In this document: piece by piece, positions 1 to 7,743 of the stretch | How the letters are laid out: every line of letters begins with the position of its first letter | Numbering within the stretch: the first letter of the stretch is position 1 | NCBI GenBank assembly: GCA_035479415.1 | Contig: DATIIS010000051.1 | Coordinates: 19,138 to 83,137, forward strand | Direction of reading: 5' to 3' | Origin: Candidatus Saccharimonadales bacterium | GTDB taxonomy: Bacteria; Patescibacteriota; Microgenomatia; Levybacterales; UBA12049 | Length of the DNA: 64,000 bases | The notes under the pieces: model-generated | The model's database searches: none | Seen by the model: only the letters and a program-made list of their open reading frames with translations | What the model was told of the DNA's origin: nothing | Program-made: the position numbers and the translations under genes

Positions 1-167
1 TTTTTCTTTTTGGTACTGCGATGGTATTTCATGCTTGGCTTTTTGCGATTATTGGACTTGGTGGAGCAATAGTTTGTACCCTTCTTCGCACATTTGATGA
101 ACATACAGAATATGTCCTGACTGCTGCAGAAGTTGAAAAAATTGAGAAAAAATTGAGGCACAAATAA
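1..167 (+). CDS. cyoB: cytochrome bo3-type quinol oxidase subunit I, C-terminal end (5' part outside window)
   Basis: Frame 3 is open from the window edge to TAA 165-167 (FLFGTAMVFHAWLFAIIGLGGAIVCTLLRTFDEHTEYVLTAAEVEKIEKKLRHK*). It has a hydrophobic last helix plus a polar tail. The stop lies 1 nt before the cyoC start, matching cyoABCDE order. Confidence 0.6.
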   Translation, partial: FLFGTAMVFHAWLFAIIGLGGAIVCTLLRTFDEHTEYVLTAAEVEKIEKKLRHK

Positions 168-168
168 T

Positions 169-807
169 ATGGCAAATTCAAAAAAGATTATTCATCACGA
201 AAATCATCAAGAAGCAATAACCAGAGATAAGACTGTCTTTGGTTTCTGGGTTTATCTTATGACCGACCTTCTTATGTTCGCAGTACTGTTCGCGACATAT
301 GCAGTGCTTCATGGAAATATTTTCAATGGGCCAAGTGGAAAAGAGATGTTTGATTTGCCATTTGCACTTACTGAGACCCTTATCCTTCTCACGAGTAGTT
401 TTACAGCAGGACTTGCAATTCTTGCCGTCCGCCGCCATGGAATGGCTAGTGCCCTTGGGGTACGCCAGAACAATAAAAATCAGGTGCTTCTGTGGCTTGG
501 GATTACCTTTTTATTGGGTCTATCATTTTTGGGCTTGGAGATAAGTGAATTTAGTAAATTGGTCAAAGAAGGAAATAGTTGGCAAAGAAGCGCATTTCTC
601 TCATCATACTTTACGCTTGTTGCGACGCATGGACTGCATATTACAGTTGGACTTTTCTGGATGGCTATTTGTATGATAAAAGTAAAGTCGCAAGGACTGA
701 CTGTTGGGATTGGAAGGAAGTTGACACTCTTGAGTCTTTTCTGGCATTTCTTGGATATTGTTTGGATTTTCATTTTTACCATCGTCTATTTGATGGGAGC
801 AATTTAG
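169..807 (+). CDS. cyoC: cytochrome o quinol oxidase subunit III
   Basis: 212 aa, 5 TM. FGFWVYLMTD, THGLHITVGLFWM and LFWHFLDIVWIFIFTIVYLMGA closely match E. coli CyoC as recalled (heme-copper oxidase subunit III family). Confidence 0.9.
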   Translation: MANSKKIIHHENHQEAITRDKTVFGFWVYLMTDLLMFAVLFATYAVLHGNIFNGPSGKEMFDLPFALTETLILLTSSFTAGLAILAVRRHGMASALGVRQNNKNQVLLWLGITFLLGLSFLGLEISEFSKLVKEGNSWQRSAFLSSYFTLVATHGLHITVGLFWMAICMIKVKSQGLTVGIGRKLTLLSLFWHFLDIVWIFIFTIVYLMGAI

Positions 808-814
808 TTTAGTT

Positions 815-1183
815 ATGAATAACGCAGAACCATTAACAAAAGAACAAGCACAAAAAACATTCAGATCATATGTGACGGGATTTATCTCCTCACTTATTTT
901 GACGCTTATTCCCTATTTTCTTATCACCAAGCACCTTTTTACACCAGATTTTCAGGTGACTATCATTATCATTTTTGCGATGCTCCAACTTATTGTTCAA
1001 CTCGTCTTTTTCCTTCATATGAGAGAAGAATCCAAACCTCGTCTTAATCTCGTTATTTTTCTTTCGTTTTTTGGTATCATTCTAGTCGTAGTTGTTGCAT
1101 CAATCTGGATTATGCAGCATCTTAATTACAACATGAGTCTTGTCCAATTAAATACTGTCATGCAAAACGGAGAAGGTTTTTAG
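815..1183 (+). CDS. cyoD: cytochrome o quinol oxidase subunit IV
   Basis: 122 aa, 3 TM. SYVTGFISSLILTLIPY and SIWIMQHLNYNM match the CyoD/QoxD pattern, and the position after cyoC fits. Confidence 0.85.
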   Translation: MNNAEPLTKEQAQKTFRSYVTGFISSLILTLIPYFLITKHLFTPDFQVTIIIIFAMLQLIVQLVFFLHMREESKPRLNLVIFLSFFGIILVVVVASIWIMQHLNYNMSLVQLNTVMQNGEGF

Positions 1184-1186
1184 ATT

Positions 1187-2041
1187 TTGATTAAAGCATA
1201 TTATCGTCTAACCAAACCAGGAATAATATACGGAAATGCCCTAACCGCTATTGGCGGTTTTTTTCTTGCTGCCAAAAGTTCGTTTAGCCTAGAACTTTTC
1301 CTCTCTATGCTTTTGGGGCTTTCATTAGTTATCGCATCGGCATGTGTCTTTAACAATGTTATGGATCAAGGCATTGATTCCAAAATGAAACGCACACAGC
1401 GGCGGGCACTCGTGACCAAAACTATTTCTGAGTTTCATGCGGTTATCTATGCAACAATTTTAGGAATACTTGGATTTCTTATCCTTCTTATTAACACAAA
1501 TTTTTTAACATTTGGCATTGCTTTTATTGGCTTTTTCTTTTACGTCATCATGTACGGCATCTCCAAACGTCGATCCGTCCATGGGACAATCGTTGGAAGT
1601 ATTTCAGGAGCTGTGCCGCCTGTGGTTGGCTATTGTGCGGTTACCAATAATTTCGATATGGCCGCTCTTTTGTTATTTTTAATTCTGGTTATCTGGCAGA
1701 TGCCACATTTTTATGCAATTGCAATGTTCAGATCTCGAGACTATGCAGCTGCATCAATACCAGTACTTCCTGTTAAAGAAGGCTTTTTCCAAGCCAAAAT
1801 TCAGATACTCGCTTATATCATCATATTTATACTCGTTTCTGACTTATTAACTATTCTTCATTACACAGGATATATTTATTTCATTGTTATGACTGCGTTT
1901 GGGATTTGTTGGCTTATTTTGTCGATTGAAGGCTTTAGGACAACTGATGATAGTCGCTGGGCCCGCAAAATTTTCTTCTTTTCTTTAATTGTTATTACTG
2001 TATTTTCGTTACTTCTTATTGGAACTGCGTGGCTAATATAA
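1187..2041 (+). CDS. cyoE: protoheme IX farnesyltransferase (heme O synthase)
   Basis: 284 aa, polytopic. UbiA-type motif NNVMDQGIDSKMKRTQRRAL and the YYRLTKPGI N-terminus are present. TTG start 3 nt after the cyoD stop. Confidence 0.85.
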   Translation: MIKAYYRLTKPGIIYGNALTAIGGFFLAAKSSFSLELFLSMLLGLSLVIASACVFNNVMDQGIDSKMKRTQRRALVTKTISEFHAVIYATILGILGFLILLINTNFLTFGIAFIGFFFYVIMYGISKRRSVHGTIVGSISGAVPPVVGYCAVTNNFDMAALLLFLILVIWQMPHFYAIAMFRSRDYAAASIPVLPVKEGFFQAKIQILAYIIIFILVSDLLTILHYTGYIYFIVMTAFGICWLILSIEGFRTTDDSRWARKIFFFSLIVITVFSLLLIGTAWLI

Positions 2042-2065
2042 GCATTGGTATGCTACACTATCTCT

Positions 2066-2599
2066 ATGAAATATGTGGCACTTCTACGAGGAGTAAATGT
2101 CGGTGGAAAAGGCATTATCAAGATGTCTGAGCTAAAAGATGCATTTAGTGAGGCAGGTTTCCAGAATGTCTCGACATATATCAATAGCGGCAATATCCTT
2201 TTTGAATCAGACGAAAAAAGTATTGAGAAGTTAACACAACAAATTGATGACCTTTTGGAAAAACAGTTTTTTATCATCAAAAGTGTAATTCTCTCCCAAA
2301 AAGAAATTGAACAAGTTCTTGAGGAGATGCCTGCTCCATGGAAAAAAGATGATTTACGTAAATATATCGCTTTTGTGAGGGATGGTGCACAGCCAGAAGA
2401 TGTTATCAAAGAAGCACAGTTGAGAGACGGAGTTGACGCTATTGATAAAGGATATAGGTGTGTCTACATGTCGACATTTACGCGCGGACTGACCCAAAGT
2501 GGCTTTCCCAAATTGAGTACCAAGAAAATTTATAAAGAGATAACAATTAGGAATTATACGACGGTTAAGAAATTGGCTGATTTAATGAATTTGCAGTAA
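2066..2599 (+). CDS. DUF1697 family protein
   Basis: MKYVALLRGVNVGGKGIIKMSELK..YINSGNILF is the DUF1697 N-terminal signature. ATG 2066 lies 6 nt after TACACT (2054-2059), so the ORF-track GTG start at 2045 is probably upstream of the transcription start. Confidence 0.75.
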   Translation: MKYVALLRGVNVGGKGIIKMSELKDAFSEAGFQNVSTYINSGNILFESDEKSIEKLTQQIDDLLEKQFFIIKSVILSQKEIEQVLEEMPAPWKKDDLRKYIAFVRDGAQPEDVIKEAQLRDGVDAIDKGYRCVYMSTFTRGLTQSGFPKLSTKKIYKEITIRNYTTVKKLADLMNLQ

Positions 2600-2601
2600 T
2601 A

Positions 2602-2799
2602 TTAACTTCTTCGGCTGTAGACGGTTACATAATAGAAAATTGCGGTAAGGACATTGAATAAAATAAATGCTACAAACCATTGAGTTTTTAAGTTACGTGA
2701 GATCTCCGTATTGTTGACCATATCAGAGAACATCCACATCCAGAAAATGAGTAGTAAAAAAGGCAGAAGAATGACAATAAAGTGCGTAATAGGATTCAT
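2602..2799 (-). CDS. small two-TM membrane protein (PLD-nuclease N-terminal domain-like)
   Basis: 65 aa with two hydrophobic helices. The W..F.ILFNVLTAIFYY pattern resembles PLDc_N small proteins. Confidence 0.45.
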   Translation of the reverse strand: MNPITHFIVILLPFLLLIFWMWMFSDMVNNTEISRNLKTQWFVAFILFNVLTAIFYYVTVYSRRS

Positions 2800-2823
2800 A
2801 GTAAGTAGTAATTACGTAACCTG

Positions 2824-3261
2824 TTATGGTTCTTTTTTGTCTCCCTTAAATATCCAATGAACGCCATATTTATCAGTAAATTGTCCATATGTTCCAAATG
2901 GCAACTCATGCAGCTCTTGAAAACGGCTGCCCTGACTCTCTTTATCTATCCCTTCTGAAAGTTTGCCAAAAATTGTCTCTAACTCATCGTATCCTTCTCC
3001 GATAACAAATATCGCGGTTGTATTCCCCTGCTCTGGTTCGTATTGTGGAGATGCCATCCAGTCAGTTGCGGAGATCTCGATATCACCACTCTTGAGATGC
3101 GCATTGATAAGCCTTTCCCATTTCTCTTGTGGGAACATATCTTTCATAGGAGTGTCAGCAAGCTTGGTCAGTGTGAGGTCTCCGCCTAAGGCGTCATGAT
3201 AAAAAGTCATTGCCTCAGCACAATTTCCGTCAAAGAGTAGAAAAGGAGTTGCATGTAACAT
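2824..3261 (-). CDS. VOC-fold protein, PhnB/YjdN (3-demethylubiquinone methyltransferase-like domain) family
   Basis: 145 aa. LLFDGNCAEAMTFY near the N-terminus and YGVHWIF near the C-terminus fit this family. A consensus promoter sits directly upstream. Confidence 0.65.
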   Translation of the reverse strand: MLHATPFLLFDGNCAEAMTFYHDALGGDLTLTKLADTPMKDMFPQEKWERLINAHLKSGDIEISATDWMASPQYEPEQGNTTAIFVIGEGYDELETIFGKLSEGIDKESQGSRFQELHELPFGTYGQFTDKYGVHWIFKGDKKEP

Positions 3262-3268
3262 ACGTTCT

Positions 3269-3297
3269 AGTATACGTTTGATTGTCTATTGAGTCAA
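3269..3297 (-). promoter_or_regulatory. sigma70-type promoter TTGACT-17-TATACT, 7 nt before ATG 3261
   Basis: The reverse complement of 3292-3297 is TTGACT and of 3269-3274 is TATACT, with a 17-nt spacer. Confidence 0.6.
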
Positions 3298-3304
3298 TAT
3301 TAGG

Positions 3305-3721
3305 TTAGACAAAAGCGTGGAGTACAGCTGCAGCTGCCTCGAGGCATAGTATTGAAGCTCCTGCTTGAACCGCAATCTTTTTAACGATCCATTTACTTTC
3401 TGTCCCGCCAAAAATAACAGCACTTACTTGTGTTGGGACAACAAATCCGATCCAGAAGAATCCTGCCATTGCATATGGATTCCACGTTGGTAAGTATGTA
3501 ATAAAGAGAGCAAGAACAAATGAGGTGATGAGGGTAACAAGTGCTTGGAGACCATAGAAAGGTCCCATGGCTTTCATCATTTTTTGTTGTGTTTCTTTGG
3601 GTAATTTATCAAAACCATGAATTCTCCCCCACAATTTTCCAAAAAGTGCACTATACCATACTGCTCCGATGGCGAATTGGACAATTGTTGCGATAATGAC
3701 TGAGAGATAATTAAGTTGCAT
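3305..3721 (-). CDS. DUF1761 family membrane protein
   Basis: 138 aa, 4 TM. The N-terminus NYLSVIIATIVQFAIGAVWYSALFGKLW matches the DUF1761 pattern. Confidence 0.55.
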   Translation of the reverse strand: MQLNYLSVIIATIVQFAIGAVWYSALFGKLWGRIHGFDKLPKETQQKMMKAMGPFYGLQALVTLITSFVLALFITYLPTWNPYAMAGFFWIGFVVPTQVSAVIFGGTESKWIVKKIAVQAGASILCLEAAAAVLHAFV

Positions 3722-3785
3722 AAAGATAGCTCTTCTTCATAATACTGCCAGTTTTAAGTAATTGCAAGAGGACAAAACGGTACAG

Positions 3786-4181
3786 TTACTTCTCTTTTTG
3801 CACCTTTCGCCATCCTCCGGCGCGATTGTTGGCAGCGACTGCTCTCACGAGTTCTACAAAGGCTTTTTCATTAAGTTTGTCGTTCTGATAGATCTGAATA
3901 GCTCGTGCTGTTGCATTATTTTCGCCTTGGTTAATAATATGCTCTGGATCTGGTGCAATAGGATCATAAATAAAAACATTTACATGATCGCGGGTGGCAA
4001 GAAGAGCACAGATATTGCCATTGAGAACAAAATACGGCCGATTCGTTCGTTTAATTGTTTCGACAATTTCTTTATCTGCTTCGTGGACAAGCTTGCGGAC
4101 ATGGCTACAAATTTCTTGCTGCCATGCTGGCAAGGTAGCGATATAGTCATCAATCCTCTGATCGATTTGTGAAGAGGTCAT
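3786..4181 (-). CDS. DUF1801 (YdhG-like) domain protein
   Basis: 131 aa. IDDYIATLPAWQQEICSHVRKLV..IKRTNRPYFVLNGNICAL fits DUF1801. TATACT (reverse complement of 4189-4194) lies 7 nt before the ATG. Confidence 0.6.
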   Translation of the reverse strand: MTSSQIDQRIDDYIATLPAWQQEICSHVRKLVHEADKEIVETIKRTNRPYFVLNGNICALLATRDHVNVFIYDPIAPDPEHIINQGENNATARAIQIYQNDKLNEKAFVELVRAVAANNRAGGWRKVQKEK

Positions 4182-4237
4182 ACTATTTAGTATATCAGAG
4201 AGGCAAATTAGCTCGGCTTAAATTTTAAGTTTAAGTA

Positions 4238-4510
4238 TAAAAGATGCTGTCGAGTACCCTATGGGTATCTTTACTTATTTCAGTAAATCTCAGTAAGTGT
4301 CTTCTAATATTAGCTTTTTCAGTTAAATTTTAGTAAAATTGAATTCGTCGTTACTTAATTAGATATTGTCGAGTCGTCCCTAAAGGGACTCCTCGATTAA
4401 GAGAATTGCTTATAACTAGATATTGTCGAGTCGTCTAACACGTAGGCGACCAAAGGGAGGGCAGCCGAAAGGCTGACACAACGGACTCCGAAGGAGACTG
4501 AGTCGGAGTT
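4238..4510 (+). repeat. degenerate copies of the 5' half of the adjacent tRNA-Gln gene
   Basis: The 16-mer ATATTGTCGAGTCGTC occurs at 4363, 4420 and 4534, the last being the real tRNA. A further TGTCGAG lies at 4249-4255. Copy 4367-4401 is a self-closing hairpin (TCGAGTCGTCCC-TAAA-GGGACTCCTCGA). Copy 4424-4510 retains the D-arm and the AACGGACT segment but carries inserted GNRA-type hairpins. Confidence 0.7.
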
Positions 4511-4537
4511 TAGAAGATATTAGTAACAGTCAAATAT

Positions 4538-4608
4538 TGTCGAGTCGTCTAACGGTAGGACAACGGACTTTGGATCCGTTTATTCTGGTTCGAATCCAGG
4601 CTCGACAG
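4538..4608 (+). tRNA. tRNA-Gln (anticodon UUG)
   Basis: Hand-folded cloverleaf: acceptor TGTCGAG/CTCGACA, D stem GTCT/GGAC, anticodon stem ACGGA/TCCGT with loop CTTTGGA (TTG at 4570-4572), T arm TCTGG-TTCGAAT-CCAGG. U1:A72 and G73 match bacterial tRNA-Gln. CCA is not encoded. Confidence 0.9.
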
Positions 4609-4613
4609 CATAC

Positions 4614-4643
4614 AAAAAAAAGACCCTCAAGAGGGTCTTTTTT
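4614..4643 (+). terminator. intrinsic terminator after tRNA-Gln (A-tract / hairpin / T-tract, potentially bidirectional)
   Basis: AAAAAAAAGACCCTC-AA-GAGGGTCTTTTTT: an 8-bp GC-containing stem flanked by an A run and a T run. Confidence 0.75.
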
Positions 4644-4682
4644 GTATCTGGATAGTCTCGTCTTCCAGGTCGCAGCGAACAA

Positions 4683-4841
4683 CGTGAGCGAAGATACCCG
4701 AAGGGTGCTCGACAGCTCAGGAAAAAAGACACCCAGAGGTGCCTTTTTTTGTGAGATATCGGTGGCATACACTCGTGTTTCAGCTCGAATCTCGGAGTGA
4801 GCAAAGCGAACAGAGATGCCCATGGGTGCAGGCTTGACAGC
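4683..4841 (+). repeat. degenerate copies of the 3' half of tRNA-Gln (one with a copied terminator)
   Basis: CTCGACAGC at 4708-4716 is preceded by the hairpin TACCC-GAA-GGGTG. CTTGACAGC at 4833-4841 is preceded by a degenerate T arm, CAGCTCGAATCTCGG (4781-4795). GTGAGC..GCGAA..GGGTGC blocks are shared between the two units. Confidence 0.6.
4721..4750 (+). terminator. second, imperfect terminator-like hairpin (paralog of 4614-4643)
   Basis: GAAAAAAGACACCC-AGA-GGTGCCTTTTTTT has one mismatch in the stem. It occupies the same position relative to CTCGACAGC as the true terminator. Confidence 0.5.
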
Positions 4842-4926
4842 ACCATTTTAGTCATAAATTGGCCTCAAAATTTCCTGAAAAATGACTTGCCCTTGTCTGG
4901 ATTCGGACTTTAGCCTTAATAATTTG

Positions 4927-4955
4927 TTGCATAGTGATTTATAAAAGTATATACT
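4927..4955 (+). promoter_or_regulatory. promoter TTGCAT-17-TATACT, 8 nt before ATG 4964
   Basis: TTGCAT at 4927-4932, a 17-nt spacer, and TATACT at 4950-4955. Confidence 0.55.
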
Positions 4956-4963
4956 CCTGAGCT

Positions 4964-5764
4964 ATGTCAGCAATTGAACAGAGAAATGGCAAAATAATTC
5001 CAGCAAGATGGGATGCGAGCCGTGCAACTCTTGCTGAAGGCAAAAAAGGAGGAAGCGGAAGACGTCAAGAATCACTTTGGGATTCACAACCCAATGATTT
5101 ATTTATGACAGTCTTTAACGGATATTATCCAGGGAGCCCGGTGGATGTGTTCCCCATCAATTCAGGGAGCCATGCGATGTTTCTGCAATTATATGACGGT
5201 TATGATAAGGAAACACAAAGAAGGCTAGGAACTCGTGAAGAATACAAAAATCTGCTTGATGACCGGTTGGATAACCCTGAACCTCAACTAAGACATGCAT
5301 TATGGGGAGAAGGAATAGAAGTTTTCTCAAGAGCCTTAGCACTTACAGGAGAATATGAGAGTCTTCCAATACCTTGTCTTTCTGGAAATACACTTGATGC
5401 TTACGACAAGGTTTTAGTTGATCCAAGAACAACCCAGGAAGAAGATCAGGAAAGAGTCCTGTTTCGTCTACTTTTAGATGATATAGAGGAAAAGTCATTA
5501 CAAAGAGCTGAGGGACCACTCAAGTTCTCACCATTTGCAAGATTACCCAGTCTCGAAATGGCAAGGCAAATCAGAAGCGCTGTTTGGGATAGAGCATCTC
5601 ATGCTAAAGAAATTGAACCTGATTTTACAAATGCTGTAGATCTGGAAAGACGTTTTGATAATCCTACTCAACGTCAGTTTTTTCTTGCAGGTGGGATAGT
5701 CGTACATGATCTCTTTGATCTTAATTATCAAATAGAAGCCCTAAAAAAACAGACTGGTTTCTAA
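4964..5764 (+). CDS. hypothetical soluble protein (orphan, 266 aa)
   Basis: Long ORF with its own promoter and no TM or signal peptide. No family motif was recognised. Confidence 0.55.
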   Translation: MSAIEQRNGKIIPARWDASRATLAEGKKGGSGRRQESLWDSQPNDLFMTVFNGYYPGSPVDVFPINSGSHAMFLQLYDGYDKETQRRLGTREEYKNLLDDRLDNPEPQLRHALWGEGIEVFSRALALTGEYESLPIPCLSGNTLDAYDKVLVDPRTTQEEDQERVLFRLLLDDIEEKSLQRAEGPLKFSPFARLPSLEMARQIRSAVWDRASHAKEIEPDFTNAVDLERRFDNPTQRQFFLAGGIVVHDLFDLNYQIEALKKQTGF

Positions 5765-5917
5765 AAACTGTCGAGATTTTCGATAAACTAACTCTGGATA
5801 TTTAATCTTTTCATACCCTGAAACGTTCGAAAATCGTCACGAGTGCCAGCTAAACTCATCTCTATATTCCATTCACTCCAGCTTGCCTTATCTAGATTTA
5901 GTTTTTATAATACTTCT

Positions 5918-6346
5918 ATGAGTAAAGGATTTATTGCACAAGCTAATATTACTGTTAATGCACAAATATCTAAAGTTTGGAATGCATTAGTAAATCCTGA
6001 TTTAATTAAGCAATATATGTTTGGGACAACAGTTATTTCCGATTGGAAAGAAGGAAGTTCTATTATCTGGAAAGGTGAATGGCAAGGAAAACCCTATGAA
6101 GATAAAGGAAATATCGTTAGAATTGAACCGGAAAAAGTACTCGAAGTAACACATTATTCTCCGCTATCAGGAGTTGCGGATATTCCTGAAAATTATCATC
6201 GTGTTAAATACGAATTAGAACGAAAGGAAGACACTACCAAAATAATACTTACTCAAGATAATAATGCAAATGAGGAAGAAAAAGAACGTTCCGAAAAAAA
6301 TTGGCAAATGTTTTTAGAAGGATTAAAAAAACTTTTAGAAAAATAA
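5918..6346 (+). CDS. SRPBCC / AHSA1 (activator of Hsp90 ATPase-like) domain protein
   Basis: ATG 5918 lies 6 nt after TATAAT (5906-5911). AQISKVWNALVNPDLIKQYMFG and the W/G-rich beta-strand pattern fit the AHSA1 fold. The 25 codons upstream in the ORF track are probably untranslated. Confidence 0.65.
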   Translation: MSKGFIAQANITVNAQISKVWNALVNPDLIKQYMFGTTVISDWKEGSSIIWKGEWQGKPYEDKGNIVRIEPEKVLEVTHYSPLSGVADIPENYHRVKYELERKEDTTKIILTQDNNANEEEKERSEKNWQMFLEGLKKLLEK

Positions 6347-6360
6347 AATTAGTTCATATA

Positions 6361-6392
6361 AAAAGTCCCAAGATCATACTCATTCGAGCTCC
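6361..6392 (+). repeat. intergenic repeat family copy a (AAAAGTCCCAAGATCATACTCATTCGAGCTCC)
   Basis: Aligns with the copies at 7671, 8352 and 16267. Lies between convergent genes. Confidence 0.6.
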
Positions 6393-6397
6393 TAGAA

Positions 6398-7546
6398 CTA
6401 AGTTTCTTTTTGAGGCACTGAGGATGCTTCACTTTCAATCCTCTCCGCTATTTTTTCAAAAATTTTATCAATGCCTTTTTGTCCCTTTACCGATATAAAA
6501 ATTGGCGAGTATTGTGCATATTTTGTTCGGAGGCTTTCTTCATCAAGATTGGATGCGATATCAATTTTATTGAAGACATAGACCATATGGGCGTCAAGAT
6601 GAATACCAAGTTCATGGAGAATGTTATTAACTACATGTATTTTCTCCTCAACTTCAGGATCAGAAACATCGATTACATGGAGCAATACGTCTGCGTGGAC
6701 AGATTCCATAAGTGTTGATTTAAATGCCTGAATTAAACGCGGTGGCAAATTTCGAATAAATCCGATCGTGTCAGTGAGCAAAATTTCTTTTTCAATTTGT
6801 GGGATATATATTTTGCTGACAGTACTATCAAGTGTTGCGAACAATGCGTTTTCGACGAGGACATGTTCGCCTGCTAAAAGATTAAACAGCGAGCTTTTTC
6901 CAGCATTTGTGTACCCGACGATTGAGACTGTTTTAAATCCTGCTCGTTTTCGCTGCTCAAGTTGTGCATTGTGAGCTTCGCTTATTTTATCAAGCTGATC
7001 AGTAACTTTTTTTATTTGATCACGCCAGTGGCGTTTCATAAGCTCAGTATTGGTTTCTCCGACTCCAAGCGTTCCTATTCCCCCACCTTGTCGTGACATA
7101 ATCGCACCCATACCATAAATTCTCGGTCCCATGTATCGCATTCGAGCAAGTTCTATTTGGAGTTTGGCTTCAGTCGTTTTTGCATGTTTATCAAAAATTT
7201 GCAGAATTAAATCCATTCGATCCCAAACATCGATTTGGGGATTTGCTTGTTGAAATCGTGTCTTAAGCGTATGAACTTGTCGGGGTTTAGCCATGGTATT
7301 CAACACGACAACATCAATTGATAATTCTTTAACTTTTTCAAGTACCTCAATTACTTTCCCTTTCCCAATATATGTTGCTTGATCGGGGTGCTCAAGATGT
7401 TGGATAATACGGTCTGGGATCTCTCCTCCCAAAGTCCGGATAAGTGATTCGAGTTCATCTCCTGTATTTATTGCTCTTTCTTTATTAGCTTGTGGATTAA
7501 TAACATGAATTGGAAGTACCCGAAGTGTCTTTTCTAGTTCAATCAT
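6398..7546 (-). CDS. hflX: GTPase HflX
   Basis: 382 aa with an HflX N-domain plus a G domain (G1 GYTNAGKSSLFN, G3 DTIGF, G4 NKID). Confidence 0.9.
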   Translation of the reverse strand: MIELEKTLRVLPIHVINPQANKERAINTGDELESLIRTLGGEIPDRIIQHLEHPDQATYIGKGKVIEVLEKVKELSIDVVVLNTMAKPRQVHTLKTRFQQANPQIDVWDRMDLILQIFDKHAKTTEAKLQIELARMRYMGPRIYGMGAIMSRQGGGIGTLGVGETNTELMKRHWRDQIKKVTDQLDKISEAHNAQLEQRKRAGFKTVSIVGYTNAGKSSLFNLLAGEHVLVENALFATLDSTVSKIYIPQIEKEILLTDTIGFIRNLPPRLIQAFKSTLMESVHADVLLHVIDVSDPEVEEKIHVVNNILHELGIHLDAHMVYVFNKIDIASNLDEESLRTKYAQYSPIFISVKGQKGIDKIFEKIAERIESEASSVPQKET

Positions 7547-7670
7547 GTGTGTTCATTATAGCCTAACTGCATTGATAAACAAAATAAATTCACTTGCCTA
7601 TCGACAGCTGAGCGGTCAGGCTGTTTGCCATAAATGACTTGGATTAGGTTTTAAAGATTAAAATTGACTA

Positions 7671-7706
7671 TAAAAGTTCCAAGATCGTATCCATTCGGGC
7701 ACTATC
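7671..7706 (+). repeat. intergenic repeat family copy b (TAAAAGTTCCAAGATCGTATCCATTCGGGCACTATC)
   Basis: The first 19 nt are identical to copy c at 8352-8370. An imperfect hairpin GATCGTATCC-ATTC-GGGCACTATC is present. Confidence 0.7.
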
Positions 7707-7743
7707 AATGTTTGCCTGAAAACAAATTTGCTATAATAAAACT

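Noticed and set aside
4424-4720. A tRNA intron, a split or permuted tRNA, or a known ribozyme or SRP RNA in the GNRA-loop-rich flanks of the tRNA.
   Set aside because: The tRNA at 4538-4608 is intact and continuous. I could not find hammerhead (CUGAUGA..GAAA) or twister cores, or the SRP helix-8 (GGAA..AGCA) motif. Only generic hairpins are present. A covariance-model search is still needed.
4530-4855. ORF-track ORFs 4530-4823(-), 4537-4800(+) and 4580-4855(-) as protein genes.
   Set aside because: They overlap the tRNA-Gln gene, its terminators and the tRNA-half repeats. They have no promoter or start context and are best explained as chance ORFs in structured non-coding DNA.
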